Shown in pieces: positions 63,457-64,000 of a stretch of DNA of 64,000 nt. Within the stretch, counting starts at the first letter, position 1; each line of letters opens with the position of its first letter. Below the pieces are notes generated by a model. The model was not told where the DNA came from. It searched no databases and saw only the letters and a program-made list of their open reading frames with translations. Origin of the DNA: Lytechinus pictus (lineage: Eukaryota); NCBI RefSeq assembly GCF_037042905.1, contig NC_087252.1, positions 23,252,001-23,316,000 of the forward strand. The letters run 5' to 3'. The position numbers and the translations under genes were made by a program.

Positions 63457-64000
63457 CTCTCTCCCCCTCTCTCCTTTCTTTTTTTCTCTTCCTTTCTTTC
63501 CCTCTTTCTTTTTCTCCCCTATCCTCCATTTTGCCAACTGGTACATGATTTTGCCGACTGCCATGAATGTTGGGGGGGGGGGGGTGTCACCCCCCTATAC
63601 CCCCCCCCCCTCTAGCTACGGCCCTGATAGCCAATTGTTACATAAATCACTAACAGAAGAGATATCATATTTCAGCTCATATGGCTCTCAAATCATTTAT
63701 CATTATCTTGAGAGTATAAATAGATGATTGTCTTCACCATCGATGGATCAGGAAAGAGCACAGTAAACATAAGAAACATACAACTTAATACAAAAATGTT
63801 GACACTTTTGGCTTCCCATAATTCTAGCACAGAGATAGACCATGGTCTAAGTTAAACCTGACTTCAGAACACGGACCTAAATGTTTGATTCTATTTTTGT
63901 AGAAGAAATTTGAAAACATCAGTCACTTGTAATGTACATGTAGCATTTTACATTCCAGACAGTCGACAGAGTGGGATAATTGAATTCATTGTCAGACGAA

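Overview
AT-rich, repeat-dense eukaryotic (metazoan) genomic DNA. The repeat landscape looks like a marine deuterostome such as a sea urchin, but that is inference only. The window is dominated by the 5' part of one large minus-strand spliced gene. I can trace 14 GT-AG exons with consistent phases from 32741 down to 809, plus a candidate first exon at about 56378-56383. They encode about 498 aa of a type II membrane protein: cytoplasmic tail, TM helix, S/T/P linker, SEA, linker, LDLa, linker, SEA, LDLa, then off the left edge. The SEA-LDLa module is an exon-for-exon internal duplication. The introns hold a 5'-truncated CR1/L2-type LINE with an open RT ORF, many tRNA-derived SINEs, and many non-autonomous DNA transposons with readable TIRs and TSDs (Academ-, Kolobok-, Harbinger-, hAT- and Tc1-like). 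They also hold foldback-type elements, a 1.86-kb palindromic transposon dimer, several nested insertions and microsatellites. Almost all short ORFs in the supplied track are spurious.
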